From Ginsengibacter sp. (GTDB taxonomy: Bacteria; Bacteroidota; Bacteroidia; Chitinophagales; Chitinophagaceae): a stretch of 38,996 nt of DNA. A model generated the notes under the pieces. It was not told the DNA's origin, did not search any database, and saw nothing but the letters and a program-made list of their open reading frames with translations. Where the stretch lies: contig JBDSAQ010000001.1 in NCBI GenBank assembly GCA_039922095.1, positions 1-38,996 of the forward strand. The letters run 5' to 3'. This document shows positions 1-8,881 of this stretch, in pieces. The position numbers were made by a program, and so were the translations under genes. Position 1 is the stretch's first letter; each line of letters begins with the position of its first letter.

Positions 1-2
1 CT

Positions 3-671
3 GAGTTCGAAGTTCTGAAACCCTATTTTGCAAAAGCACTTAAATCAAACAATATAAAAGTTGACATCCATGCAGAGTTTGAAAACAGTCAACTGGTTTG
101 TCTGATGGCAACTTCTGCAGATATTGAAAAAATAAACCAGGAAGTAATTGAGGGAGTAAAATTCAAATTTATTACAAAGAATTTTTTCGGGCAGAAACAG
201 ATAACTGAAGAAAATCTTTTAACGGCAACTGAATTGCAAAATGGTAAGCAACAACTTTATTCAGATGGAAAACAACTTTTGGACGACATCCTCATGAACA
301 AGGATTTTAAACATTCACAACAATTACGTTTTTTAGCAACCAAGCATGAAGGAACGCATCTAAAAATCAGATTTGTGTTAAGCCCCTTTTCATTCGTATT
401 TCTATTATCAGGCGAACAACAGTTCCATATTATTTTAGAAACACTTGACACGGAAGAAGCAACTTATTTGTGGCACACTGACAAAAACAAACAAGCCCTT
501 ATAAGCAAAGTAAAAGAAATTGACCAGCAGCTAAACATAATTCATAGCAAAGGCAGACAAGTATTTTTAGAAACAAACCCTGAGGACTTTTCAAAAATAT
601 TACATGACTATTCCGACAAAAAGAAAGGGTTTATTATTTGGAAAGACTTACTGGAAGAACAAATTGTATGA
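3..671 (+). CDS. C-terminal part of a larger protein running off the left edge; possibly the C-terminus of a Bacteroidota DEAD/DEAH-box helicase
   Basis: Frame is open from position 3, so ATG 105 is internal. The HIILETLDTEEATYLWH segment recalls Bacteroidota helicase C-termini (recollection only; no helicase motifs in view). Confidence 0.45.
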   Translation, partial: EFEVLKPYFAKALKSNNIKVDIHAEFENSQLVCLMATSADIEKINQEVIEGVKFKFITKNFFGQKQITEENLLTATELQNGKQQLYSDGKQLLDDILMNKDFKHSQQLRFLATKHEGTHLKIRFVLSPFSFVFLLSGEQQFHIILETLDTEEATYLWHTDKNKQALISKVKEIDQQLNIIHSKGRQVFLETNPEDFSKILHDYSDKKKGFIIWKDLLEEQIV

Positions 672-737
672 CACAGAAAGCCAATAATTGCACATGACCT
701 GAAGACAATAGGCTAAGTCACTAATAGCCAACGCCTC

Positions 738-806
738 AAGGTAAGCACGTTGGCAGGCACCCAAAAACTAGCAGCTCCGAAGACAACCTGCCAAAGAGCT
801 TGCCTT
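738..806 (+). other. Structured hairpin motif, copy 1
   Basis: aaggtaagc(738-746)/gcttgcctt(798-806) and ttggcagg(750-757)/cctgccaa(787-794) pair around an ACG/AGA internal loop. Same architecture as 37644-37697. Confidence 0.7.
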
Positions 807-880
807 CTGCTCGGCTTGGGTAACAGTCTTTACGTTAACACCGTTAAAATGCAAGATTCTTATAACTGACAGACGGAAGA

Positions 881-1071
881 GCGAACGTACAACAATGGGG
901 TTTGCCAAAATACAGGGCGGAAATTATCTTCAATATCAGCTACATATCCGACTGACCGAACACAGATGAGCAACAGAATATGTTTTCAACTTCAGTATCT
1001 TTAATCGGCTGCAGTTCGGGGGTGGACGTTTCCAAATGCCTGCCGAACGCAAAGCTGTGGCCGTTGTGTGT
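881..1071 (+). repeat. attC-like cassette boundary element 1
   Basis: Starts gcgaacgtaCAAC, ends ccGTTgtgtgt. Inner arms ggtttgcc..cagggc / gcctgcc..gcaaagc. Shares internal taatcggct.cagtt and tt.caaat motifs with elements 2 and 3. Confidence 0.7.
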
Positions 1072-1128
1072 CCTTGAATAAAAGCAGCTTGGACAGACAA
1101 AACATCCGCAAATAACTTCAATAAAAAT

Positions 1129-1518
1129 ATGACAAGATTAGACCCAATAATTGCAGTAAAAGATATTGAAGCCAGTTCAAGTTGGTATCAAAAAATATTT
1201 GAACTTAGAAACAATCACGGTGGTGAGCATTTTTCAACTTTAGTTTCTGATGATAATGAAATCCTTCTCTGTCTTCACAAATGGGAAGAACATAACCATC
1301 CAACAATGACAAATCCAGGTATAACACCGGGAAATGGACTATTACTTTATTTCAGAACGGAAAATATGATTGATATCTACCAAAATGCTATAGAAGCAGG
1401 TTGTGTAATAGAAGAAGGTATTCATTTAAATCCAAATTCTTTAAGAAAGGAATTTTCATTTCGTGACCCGGATGGGTATTTTTTGACAGTTACTGAATTT
1501 CATAAGTATGAAGGATAA
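1129..1518 (+). CDS. VOC/glyoxalase-bleomycin resistance family protein (cassette-like)
   Basis: 129 aa with VKDIEASSSWYQ and EFSFRDPDGY motifs. Confidence 0.85.
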   Translation: MTRLDPIIAVKDIEASSSWYQKIFELRNNHGGEHFSTLVSDDNEILLCLHKWEEHNHPTMTNPGITPGNGLLLYFRTENMIDIYQNAIEAGCVIEEGIHLNPNSLRKEFSFRDPDGYFLTVTEFHKYEG

Positions 1519-1579
1519 CCCGAACCTGGGAAAGCAAAAGATTATCCCCTGACACAGATTGGAAGCGAATGAAAAAATA

Positions 1580-1754
1580 GCGAACACACAACGGACACGG
1601 CCTTGGCAATATGGCGGGGACGAATATGTGCTCAACTTTTTGTTTACTAATCGGCTCCAGTTGCAGTCGACGAGTACCACCCAGCAATAGTATAAAAAAA
1701 ATGAACTTTTTATTTATAAATTTAGCTTCCATTACTTGCTGACGATCTTCAAAT
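1580..1754 (+). repeat. attC-like element 2, right arm deleted
   Basis: Left arm gcgaacacaCAAC...ggcaatatggcgg. Aligns with element 3, including the identical block ttttatttataaatttagcttc. Similarity ends at ttcaaat, 6 nt before the next ATG. Confidence 0.75.
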
Positions 1755-1760
1755 GTCTTA

Positions 1761-2561
1761 ATGAAAAAAATCCTTCTTAGAACACTAAAACTTGTTGCAG
1801 GACTTTACATTATCATTTGTGTACTTCTATTCTTTTTTCAAGAGAAAGTAATTTTCTTTCCACAAAAATTAGAAAGCGATTACAAATTTAGCTTCGACCA
1901 AAAATTCGAAGAATTAAGCATAAGGATGAAAGACAACAAATTGCTAAATGCTATCCTTTTTAAGGCAGACAGTTCAAAAGGTGTAATATTTTATTTACAC
2001 GGTAATGCAGGCTCTTTAAGTTCGTGGGGTGGCGTGGCAAAAACATACACAGATTTGAATTACGACGTTTTTATGTTGGACTATAGAGGCTATGGAAAAA
2101 GTGAAGGTTCAATAGACGGACAAACTCAATTTTTTCAAGACATTCAAACTACTTACGACGAATTGAAAAGTAAATATGTCGAAGGCAAAATAATAGTTTT
2201 AGGTTACTCAATAGGAACAGGACTTGCGGCTAAAGTAGCATCTACAAACAACCCTCGACTTTTAATTTTACAAGCACCTTATTATAGCTTGACAGATATG
2301 ATGCGACATACTTATCGAATAATTCCAACCTTTATCCTAAAATATAAATTTGAGACACATGAATATATAAAGAACTGCAAAATGCCGATTGTAATTTTTC
2401 ACGGAAATTCAGATGAAGTAATTTATTACGGTTCTTCATTAAAACTAAAGAAAGGGTTAAAAAAACAAGACACCATAATAACACTTATTGGACAAGGACA
2501 TAACGGAATGACTGAAAATCCAGATTATAAAACGGAAATCCAAAAAGTTCTGAGAAGATGA
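1761..2561 (+). CDS. Alpha/beta hydrolase (ABHD17/BEM46-like)
   Basis: N-terminal TM helix, HGNAG, DYRGYG, GYSIG nucleophile elbow, D and H near the C-terminus. Confidence 0.9.
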   Translation: MKKILLRTLKLVAGLYIIICVLLFFFQEKVIFFPQKLESDYKFSFDQKFEELSIRMKDNKLLNAILFKADSSKGVIFYLHGNAGSLSSWGGVAKTYTDLNYDVFMLDYRGYGKSEGSIDGQTQFFQDIQTTYDELKSKYVEGKIIVLGYSIGTGLAAKVASTNNPRLLILQAPYYSLTDMMRHTYRIIPTFILKYKFETHEYIKNCKMPIVIFHGNSDEVIYYGSSLKLKKGLKKQDTIITLIGQGHNGMTENPDYKTEIQKVLRR

Positions 2562-2564
2562 AAA

Positions 2565-2770
2565 GCGAACGCACAACAGGTAGGTGGGCAATATTGCGGG
2601 GCAATGAATATATGCTCGACTTTTTATTCGTTACCTCGACTTCAGTTCCAGCCGTAGAATAACGCCGGACAATAAAATAAACAATGGACTTTTATTTATA
2701 AATTTAGCTTCGGTTACGTGCTGACGATTTTCAAATACCGCCATATCGCCGAGCCATACCATTGGGCGAA
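2565..2770 (+). repeat. attC-like element 3, full length
   Basis: gcgaacgcaCAAC..ggcaatattgcgg(2587-2599) ... ccgccatatcgcc(2738-2750)..ccATTgggcgaa. Imperfect palindrome, paralogous to element 2. Confidence 0.75.
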
Positions 2771-2789
2771 AAGAAAACAAAACACTCTA

Positions 2790-3392
2790 ATGAGCGAAGA
2801 CTTATTGACCCAAAAACTTTTTGATGAAATTGTTGAGATGGAAAAATCTGAAAGACGATGGTTGTCCCCTAAATCAATAATCAAAACGACCAAAGAAGTT
2901 GCTACAAAAGGAAAGGAAAAATACGGTTTGAGTGATAAACCTTTTGTTATTCGTCGCAATATAAAACTTGACTTATTTTTATGGATTGCTATGACTTGTA
3001 TTATTTTAGGACCTATGACTTATGGAATTATAGAAGAATTTAGAAGTAGTAATTCAAACATTTTGGGAGTTACATTTTTATCTCTTTTCGTGATACTCTT
3101 TTTATTTGTTGGTTATAAAAACTTGACTTTAAAAGCTCTGACTTCACCAATTACTTTTACAACTCAAGAGTTGACTATAAATGATAAGACATTTACTTGG
3201 TTTGAAATTCAAGAAACGTTTTGCGTTTTGAGATTTGCAGGCAGAACTAGGAGAACTTCATTCGTTATCGGATTGAAGAATGGAGTAATTCATTTTTTTG
3301 ATATCGATAATCAACTGGGCTTTAAATATAGTGAGAGAGATTTTTCTAAATTTGTTGAACATTATAAACACTTCACTTCGCCCAACAAATAG
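2790..3392 (+). CDS. Hypothetical membrane protein with 2 TM helices (cassette-like)
   Basis: ATG 2790 preferred because the ORF-track start at 2718 lies inside element 3. Confidence 0.7.
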   Translation: MSEDLLTQKLFDEIVEMEKSERRWLSPKSIIKTTKEVATKGKEKYGLSDKPFVIRRNIKLDLFLWIAMTCIILGPMTYGIIEEFRSSNSNILGVTFLSLFVILFLFVGYKNLTLKALTSPITFTTQELTINDKTFTWFEIQETFCVLRFAGRTRRTSFVIGLKNGVIHFFDIDNQLGFKYSERDFSKFVEHYKHFTSPNK

Positions 3393-3414
3393 GGATTAAA
3401 CGAAGAGAAAAATA

Positions 3415-3819
3415 ATGACAGAAAAAAAATCATCCAATCAAAATTTCTTGGGGACAGCAGCCCTGATAGTTGCGTTGGCCGGAGCAGTCGGCTCACTCTA
3501 TTTTATGTTCAGTGCAGGTCGTAAACAAAATTCTATTATTTTGCTTGGGCTTTTTACAGCTTGGGTTCTTTCCCCATTTGTAGGACTATTTATCTCAAAT
3601 AAAATTTCCAATCGCTGGACAGTTCCTGCCCGTAGATTTCTTTACTGGTTTACAATAGTTCTGACACTTGGTTCTTTGATTGCTTACAGTGGTGCATTTA
3701 ATACACCTGAGACAAAAAATGCGTTTATATTTCTTATTTTTCCGATGATTTCATGGTTTCTTATTGTGGCTGTTTTCTTGATAGCGAGAAAACTTTCCAA
3801 CAAGAACTTAAACTCTTAA
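3415..3819 (+). CDS. Hypothetical 4-TM membrane protein
   Basis: 134 aa, four hydrophobic segments, A-rich leader. Confidence 0.75.
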   Translation: MTEKKSSNQNFLGTAALIVALAGAVGSLYFMFSAGRKQNSIILLGLFTAWVLSPFVGLFISNKISNRWTVPARRFLYWFTIVLTLGSLIAYSGAFNTPETKNAFIFLIFPMISWFLIVAVFLIARKLSNKNLNS

Positions 3820-3863
3820 CAAAAGGAAGAAGGAATCCAAAATTGCAAGAAAGGTATTTACTC

Positions 3864-4265
3864 TTACAAGCTGGGTTTTTTTACAAACATCCCACTATAA
3901 CACTTCCGATACGCATATCCCAAAAACAAGTTGGTTACAATCAGAATAACTCCCATTAACCAGCCAGAGGGAACTAAAATGGTGTGATACAGTAATATAT
4001 TTAAACTGATGGGAAATAGTACAACAGCGCTAAAAGGTGCATACCGATTTACCAATAGTGATATGCCACCTGCAATTTGAATCGATTTTATCATAGGGTA
4101 AAAGTATCCGACTCCTAATAGGCCCGCTTTAAAAGCTGCTACTCTGCCTGTATGATTGGGTTGATAAGGAATAAAATGCAAAAAATAATCCAGACCGAAG
4201 ACCAGGTAAATGAATCCAAGTATGATCCGTGATACTATGGTTGCTTTTTTCATTGTATTGCTCAT
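3864..4265 (-). CDS. DoxX family membrane protein
   Basis: RIILGFIYLVFGL...QIAGGISLL...FPISLNILLYH pattern. Confidence 0.8.
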   Translation of the reverse strand: MSNTMKKATIVSRIILGFIYLVFGLDYFLHFIPYQPNHTGRVAAFKAGLLGVGYFYPMIKSIQIAGGISLLVNRYAPFSAVVLFPISLNILLYHTILVPSGWLMGVILIVTNLFLGYAYRKCYSGMFVKKPSL

Positions 4266-4486
4266 TTAATAGTAAATTAAAACAACTTAATTTTTTAAAT
4301 AGAATCAAATATAACTTTATATCGAGGAGTGCCGCTTACATCAACTTTACGGTCTTACTGAGCAATAATTTGGGCTTAATTTAAAAACAAATTTGGTACT
4401 TTACATATCCTGGAATACGCAAATACTCAACATTGTGCGCCATTAGTTAAAGTGTATTATTATTGATGGCACTATAAAATATAAAA

Positions 4487-4726
4487 ATGTCTAATCAGAA
4501 TCCCCAAATTATTCCCATGCTTTCATATGAAGATGGAATTGCTGCAATGGATTGGCTGTGTAAAGTATTTGGCTTTTCCGAAAGGATCCGCATGTTAGAT
4601 GATAATGGCATACTTACTCATGGAGAAATTACATTAGGAGACGGCGTCATTATGTTAGCTTCTCCAACCCCTGATTACCAATTTGGTTTCATATCGGCAG
4701 TACAGTACATTATCATCAACCGATAA
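4487..4726 (+). pseudogene. Truncated VOC/glyoxalase (PhnB-like) gene
   Basis: IPMLSYEDGIAAMDWLCKVFGF...HGEITLGDGVIML is a typical N-terminal half. The C-terminal DPEG-type half is missing. Confidence 0.7.
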
Positions 4727-4757
4727 ATGTGAGGCATTACGACAAAAAATCTATTAT

Positions 4758-5306
4758 ATGAATCCGCTCAAAACACTTTTAAATTCTGTTATGCAGGCCC
4801 GCCAACAATTAATTGAAGTGGCGTCAGGACTGACCTTTGAACAATCGCAATTTAAATCTTCAGGGGATGCATGGTCTATTGCTGATATTATAGAGCATAT
4901 GGTGTGGGCAGAAATGGGAGGAATCAATGGAATTTGGAAAACTCTTGAGGGAATAAAAAATAACAAACCTATCTGGAAAGGTGAAGCGATTCACCACGGT
5001 TTAGCTATTGAAGAAATTATTGAGAAAACATGGAGAGCAAAAGAGCAGGTTCCTGAATCTGCTAAACCCAGGTGGGCGGGGCCTGTTGAATATTGGATTG
5101 TGGCGCTGGACAATTGTCAGAAGCTACTTGAGTCTTTGTGTCGTGAACTTGATGGGTATGACCTTGAGCAGATTATTTACCCTCATATTATTTCGGGTCC
5201 ACTAAATGTAGTTCAGAGAATGGAGTTCTTGAGATTTCATTTAAACCGTCACCAAACGCAAATTGAAAATATCAAAACTCATCCTGATTTCCCTTCTGCC
5301 TCCTGA
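4758..5306 (+). CDS. DinB family protein
   Basis: WSIADIIEHM and HLNRH metal-binding His pattern. ATG 4758 chosen. Confidence 0.8.
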   Translation: MNPLKTLLNSVMQARQQLIEVASGLTFEQSQFKSSGDAWSIADIIEHMVWAEMGGINGIWKTLEGIKNNKPIWKGEAIHHGLAIEEIIEKTWRAKEQVPESAKPRWAGPVEYWIVALDNCQKLLESLCRELDGYDLEQIIYPHIISGPLNVVQRMEFLRFHLNRHQTQIENIKTHPDFPSAS

Positions 5307-5564
5307 GCTTTAAGGAAAATATCTGCGTTTGACGGCAAGGCTCTTAAGTTCCGTAATGCCCATCACATAACCATTGTAGCCGATGCAACTACTTTTAAAA
5401 AATTAAAGCTGGAACTTATATTTTTAGTTTCCTTAATTTTTAGGTGAGAGGATAGTTTTGTAACTGGGGTTGTGAAAAGGTTGCCGTAATGTGGGGTAAT
5501 AAGAAGAAAGTATAAAGCTTGCAAATCTTTTTTAATGATTTTTGCAGAACATTAAAATTCAAAA

Positions 5565-8042
5565 ATGAAACTATCAATTAATCTAATGTATTCATTCCTG
5601 GTGAACAGCAGAACTTTAAGTCGCATCAAGGCATTAGGGTTATTGATCATTCTGTTTTCAAATTTTGTAACAGCTCAACAAGCGAGAACAAAAATTGATT
5701 TTGATAATAACTGGAAGTTTACATTAGATAGCTCTCAGCAATACAATGAGCAAAATGTAAATGATGCATCGTGGCGAACTTTAAACCTTCCGCACGACTG
5801 GAGTATTGAAGGAACGTTTAGTAAAGATCATCCTGCATCACCCGGCGGAGGTGCATTGCCCGGCGGTATAGGATGGTATCGCAAAATATTCTTACTACCT
5901 GCAACAGATAAAAATAAATTAATCTTTATAGATTTTGATGGCGTTTACTGTAACAGTGAAGTATGGATCAACGGACACTCTTTAGGGATCCGTCCCAACG
6001 GTTATATTTCTTTTCAATATGATCTTACACCTTATCTGAAATTTGGTACAGGTAAAAATGTAATTGCGGTTAAGGTTGATAATTCAAAACAACCAAATTC
6101 CCGCTGGTACAGTGGTTCAGGAATATACAGAAACGTATGGCTGCTGAAAACAAATAAAACTTATGTTGATCACTGGGGCACGTTTATCACAACTCCCATA
6201 GTAACAAACAGGGAAGCAATAGTAAAAGTGCTAACCAGAATTGTAAATGCTGAAGGCAATAAAAAATCATTGCAGCTTACCACAACTTTATATAATATAT
6301 CAGGAAAAATAGCAGGGCAATCATCAACCCAAATAAATAGCAGCGATAACTTTGAATCAAATGAAACAATAAGAATTTCACTGCCTCAGCTTTGGTCGGT
6401 GGATCACCCATATTTATATAAGGCTGTTTCGCAGGTAAAATCCGGAACCCAAATTTTGGACACTTATGAAACAACATTTGGTATCCGTTATTTCAACTTT
6501 GATATGGATAAAGGGTTTTCCTTAAATGGAAGGCCGTTGAAGATTTTGGGTGTTTGCAATCATCACGATCTTGGAGCATTAGGTTCTGCTTTTAATACAA
6601 GGGCAGCCGAAAGGCAGCTCGAAATTTTAAAGGCAATGGGCTGTAATGGTATCCGCACTTCTCACAATCCGCCGGCGCCGGAGTTGTTAGAGCTTTGTGA
6701 TAAAATGGGATTTATCGTTATAGATGAAGCCTTTGATATGTGGGCAAAACAAAAGTCGAAGTATGATTATCATTTGTATTGGAAACAATGGCATAAGAAA
6801 GATCTGGAAGATCAGATTCTAAGAGATAGAAATCATCCTTCTGTTTTTATGTGGAGCCTTGGTAATGAAGTTCCCGAACAATATAGAGATGAAAAAAATC
6901 CAGATACTTCCGGCCGTATTATAGCAAGAGAACTGGTGAGCATAATGAAAACACTTGATACTACACGCCCGGCAGTAACTGCCAATAACGAAGCAAATAC
7001 ATGGAACAATGTTTTGCAATCCGGCGCTTTTGAATTGGCAGGCTATAACTATAATCATGACGTGTGGGAAAAGTTTCACCAAAGATGGCCTGGCAAAAAG
7101 CTGATTGTTACAGAAAGTACCTCCGCCCTTGAAACCCGTGGCTATTACGATCTTGTACCTTTTGATACTATCCGCCGGTGGCCCAAACGGTGGGATATCC
7201 CTTTCGCAAATCCTTCCGGAGATTATACTGTTTCTGCTTATGATAATGTTAGTGCACCCTGGGGTTCAACGCATGAAGAAAGCATAAAAGCATTGATGAA
7301 AAGTGATCTTGTTTCGGGCATGTATATCTGGACAGGCTTCGATTATCTCGGCGAACCTACTCCTTACTCGTGGCCTGCACGCAGTTCTTATTTTGGTATC
7401 ATTGATCTGGCTGGCTTTCCTAAAGACGTTTATTACTTATATCAAAGTAAGTTTACAAACAAGCCCGTTCTGCACATTTATCCTCATTGGAACTGGAAAG
7501 GCGGAGATACAGTTGATATAGTTTCTTATTATAATAATGCCGATGAAGTAGAACTTTTTCTGAATGGAAAAACACTTGGTTCACAAAGTAAAAAAGGTGA
7601 TGACCTCCATGTAAAATGGCGCTTGCCTTTTGAAGCAGGAACCTTAAAGGCTGTATCAAGAAAAAATGGAAAAATTGTTTTAACTAAAGAAATAAGAACA
7701 GCCGGTGATCCTGCCGGAATTATTTTATCAGCAGATAGAAAACTTATTAAAGCTGATGGAAAAGATCTTTCATTCATCACAGCAACAATTGTTGATAAAA
7801 ATGGAGTAACAGTGCCTGGAGCAAACAATCTTATTAAGTATAAAATATCCGGACAGGCTTTTATTGCCGGGGTTGATAGCGGCGATCCTATAAGTCATGA
7901 GCCATTTAAGTCGGATAAGCATACCGCACTAAACGGACTTGCATTAGCCATTTTACAATCAAACGGAAAAAAAGGAATTATAAAATTAACGGTAAGTGCA
8001 GAGGGCCTGCAGTCTTCAAGTATAGAGATTGCAGCAAATTGA
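5565..8042 (+). CDS. Glycoside hydrolase family 2 (beta-galactosidase-like)
   Basis: LPHDWSI, DFDGVY, RWYSGSGIYR, IRTSHNPP, DRNHPSVFMWSLGNE, WTGFDYLGEP; signal peptide. Confidence 0.95.
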   Translation: MKLSINLMYSFLVNSRTLSRIKALGLLIILFSNFVTAQQARTKIDFDNNWKFTLDSSQQYNEQNVNDASWRTLNLPHDWSIEGTFSKDHPASPGGGALPGGIGWYRKIFLLPATDKNKLIFIDFDGVYCNSEVWINGHSLGIRPNGYISFQYDLTPYLKFGTGKNVIAVKVDNSKQPNSRWYSGSGIYRNVWLLKTNKTYVDHWGTFITTPIVTNREAIVKVLTRIVNAEGNKKSLQLTTTLYNISGKIAGQSSTQINSSDNFESNETIRISLPQLWSVDHPYLYKAVSQVKSGTQILDTYETTFGIRYFNFDMDKGFSLNGRPLKILGVCNHHDLGALGSAFNTRAAERQLEILKAMGCNGIRTSHNPPAPELLELCDKMGFIVIDEAFDMWAKQKSKYDYHLYWKQWHKKDLEDQILRDRNHPSVFMWSLGNEVPEQYRDEKNPDTSGRIIARELVSIMKTLDTTRPAVTANNEANTWNNVLQSGAFELAGYNYNHDVWEKFHQRWPGKKLIVTESTSALETRGYYDLVPFDTIRRWPKRWDIPFANPSGDYTVSAYDNVSAPWGSTHEESIKALMKSDLVSGMYIWTGFDYLGEPTPYSWPARSSYFGIIDLAGFPKDVYYLYQSKFTNKPVLHIYPHWNWKGGDTVDIVSYYNNADEVELFLNGKTLGSQSKKGDDLHVKWRLPFEAGTLKAVSRKNGKIVLTKEIRTAGDPAGIILSADRKLIKADGKDLSFITATIVDKNGVTVPGANNLIKYKISGQAFIAGVDSGDPISHEPFKSDKHTALNGLALAILQSNGKKGIIKLTVSAEGLQSSSIEIAAN

Positions 8043-8142
8043 ATGTAATTATTTATGTGGCTATCAAAACCCCTGCACAACAATGCAGGCATTTAAACGA
8101 CAGTCCCTAATCAATCTTAAACAATTCAAATAACAAAACACA

Positions 8143-8715
8143 ATGAGAAAATTAAAACTCCAGGTACAAATGTCCGTTGATGGATACATTGCGGGAACAA
8201 ATGGAGAAATGGACTGGATGGTGTGGGATTGGGACGAGGAACTCAAAAATTATGTAAAAGAAATAACAGAACCTGTTGACTGCGTAGTTCTTGGGCGAAA
8301 ACTTGCACAGGGTTTTATTCCACACTGGGCTTCTCACCCGGAAGAGGAAGGCGCTGATAAAATCAATAGTTTAAAAAAAGTTGTTTTCACCAAAACCCTT
8401 GATGAGTCAGAACCGATAGTCACCGGGTGGGATAATACCATTTTAGCAAAAGGTGGCCTTGCTGATGAAATCACTAAATTAAAAAATGAAGACGGTAAAG
8501 ACATCATTGCTTATGGCGGTGCCGCTTTTGTAACGGCTCTTATTAAACAAGAACTAATTGATGAGTATCATTTATTTATTAATCCAATTCTACTTGGTAA
8601 AGGGATGCCAATTTTTAAAGAACTTGAGAGCAAACAAAACCTGGCATTAATAAAATCTGCATCTTTTAACTGCGGGATTGTTGTTCTTAATTACGAACCG
8701 AAACGTAACTCATGA
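8143..8715 (+). CDS. Dihydrofolate reductase-like / RibD C-terminal domain protein
   Basis: MSVDGYIAG, LGRK, YGGA, LIDEYHLFINPILLGKG. Confidence 0.9.
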   Translation: MRKLKLQVQMSVDGYIAGTNGEMDWMVWDWDEELKNYVKEITEPVDCVVLGRKLAQGFIPHWASHPEEEGADKINSLKKVVFTKTLDESEPIVTGWDNTILAKGGLADEITKLKNEDGKDIIAYGGAAFVTALIKQELIDEYHLFINPILLGKGMPIFKELESKQNLALIKSASFNCGIVVLNYEPKRNS

Positions 8716-8834
8716 ACATCGCAGATAAAAATTAATCAACAATGGAAAAGTAATAATGGGTAAACCAAAAAAAATGAGACTCTAATTATCAATCAATCTT
8801 ATCTCAACTCTTTAACATTTTTTTCCACAAAAAA

Positions 8835-8880
8835 TTTGCTTATCTACGAAATATTCGTAGATTTACGAAAACTTCGTAGA
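8835..8880 (+). promoter_or_regulatory. Promoter with two tandem palindromic operators for the BlaI-like repressor
   Basis: atctacgaa-ata-ttcgtagat (8842-8862) and tttacgaa-aac-ttcgtaga (8862-8880) overlap TTTG(8835)-N19-TAGATTTA, which is close to the Bacteroidota -33/-7 consensus. Confidence 0.75.
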
Positions 8881-8881
8881 A

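Noticed and set aside
936-1732. Minus-strand ORFs 936-1121, 1456-1680 and 1490-1732
   Set aside because: They are shadows of the attC-like repeats, with no recognisable protein features.
881-2770. CRISPR interpretation of the repeats
   Set aside because: Repeats are ~200 bp, diverged and separated by whole genes; no cas genes are present.
5330-5489. Nested short inverted repeats (acggcaa/ttgccgt; tcacataacc/ggttgtga) as another cassette element
   Set aside because: Arms are only 7-8 bp with no similarity to elements 1-3; cannot be separated from chance.
8070-8105. cctgcacaacaatgcagg hairpin with a GCACAAC core before the DHFR-like gene
   Set aside because: Very short, and no matching complementary end after the gene.
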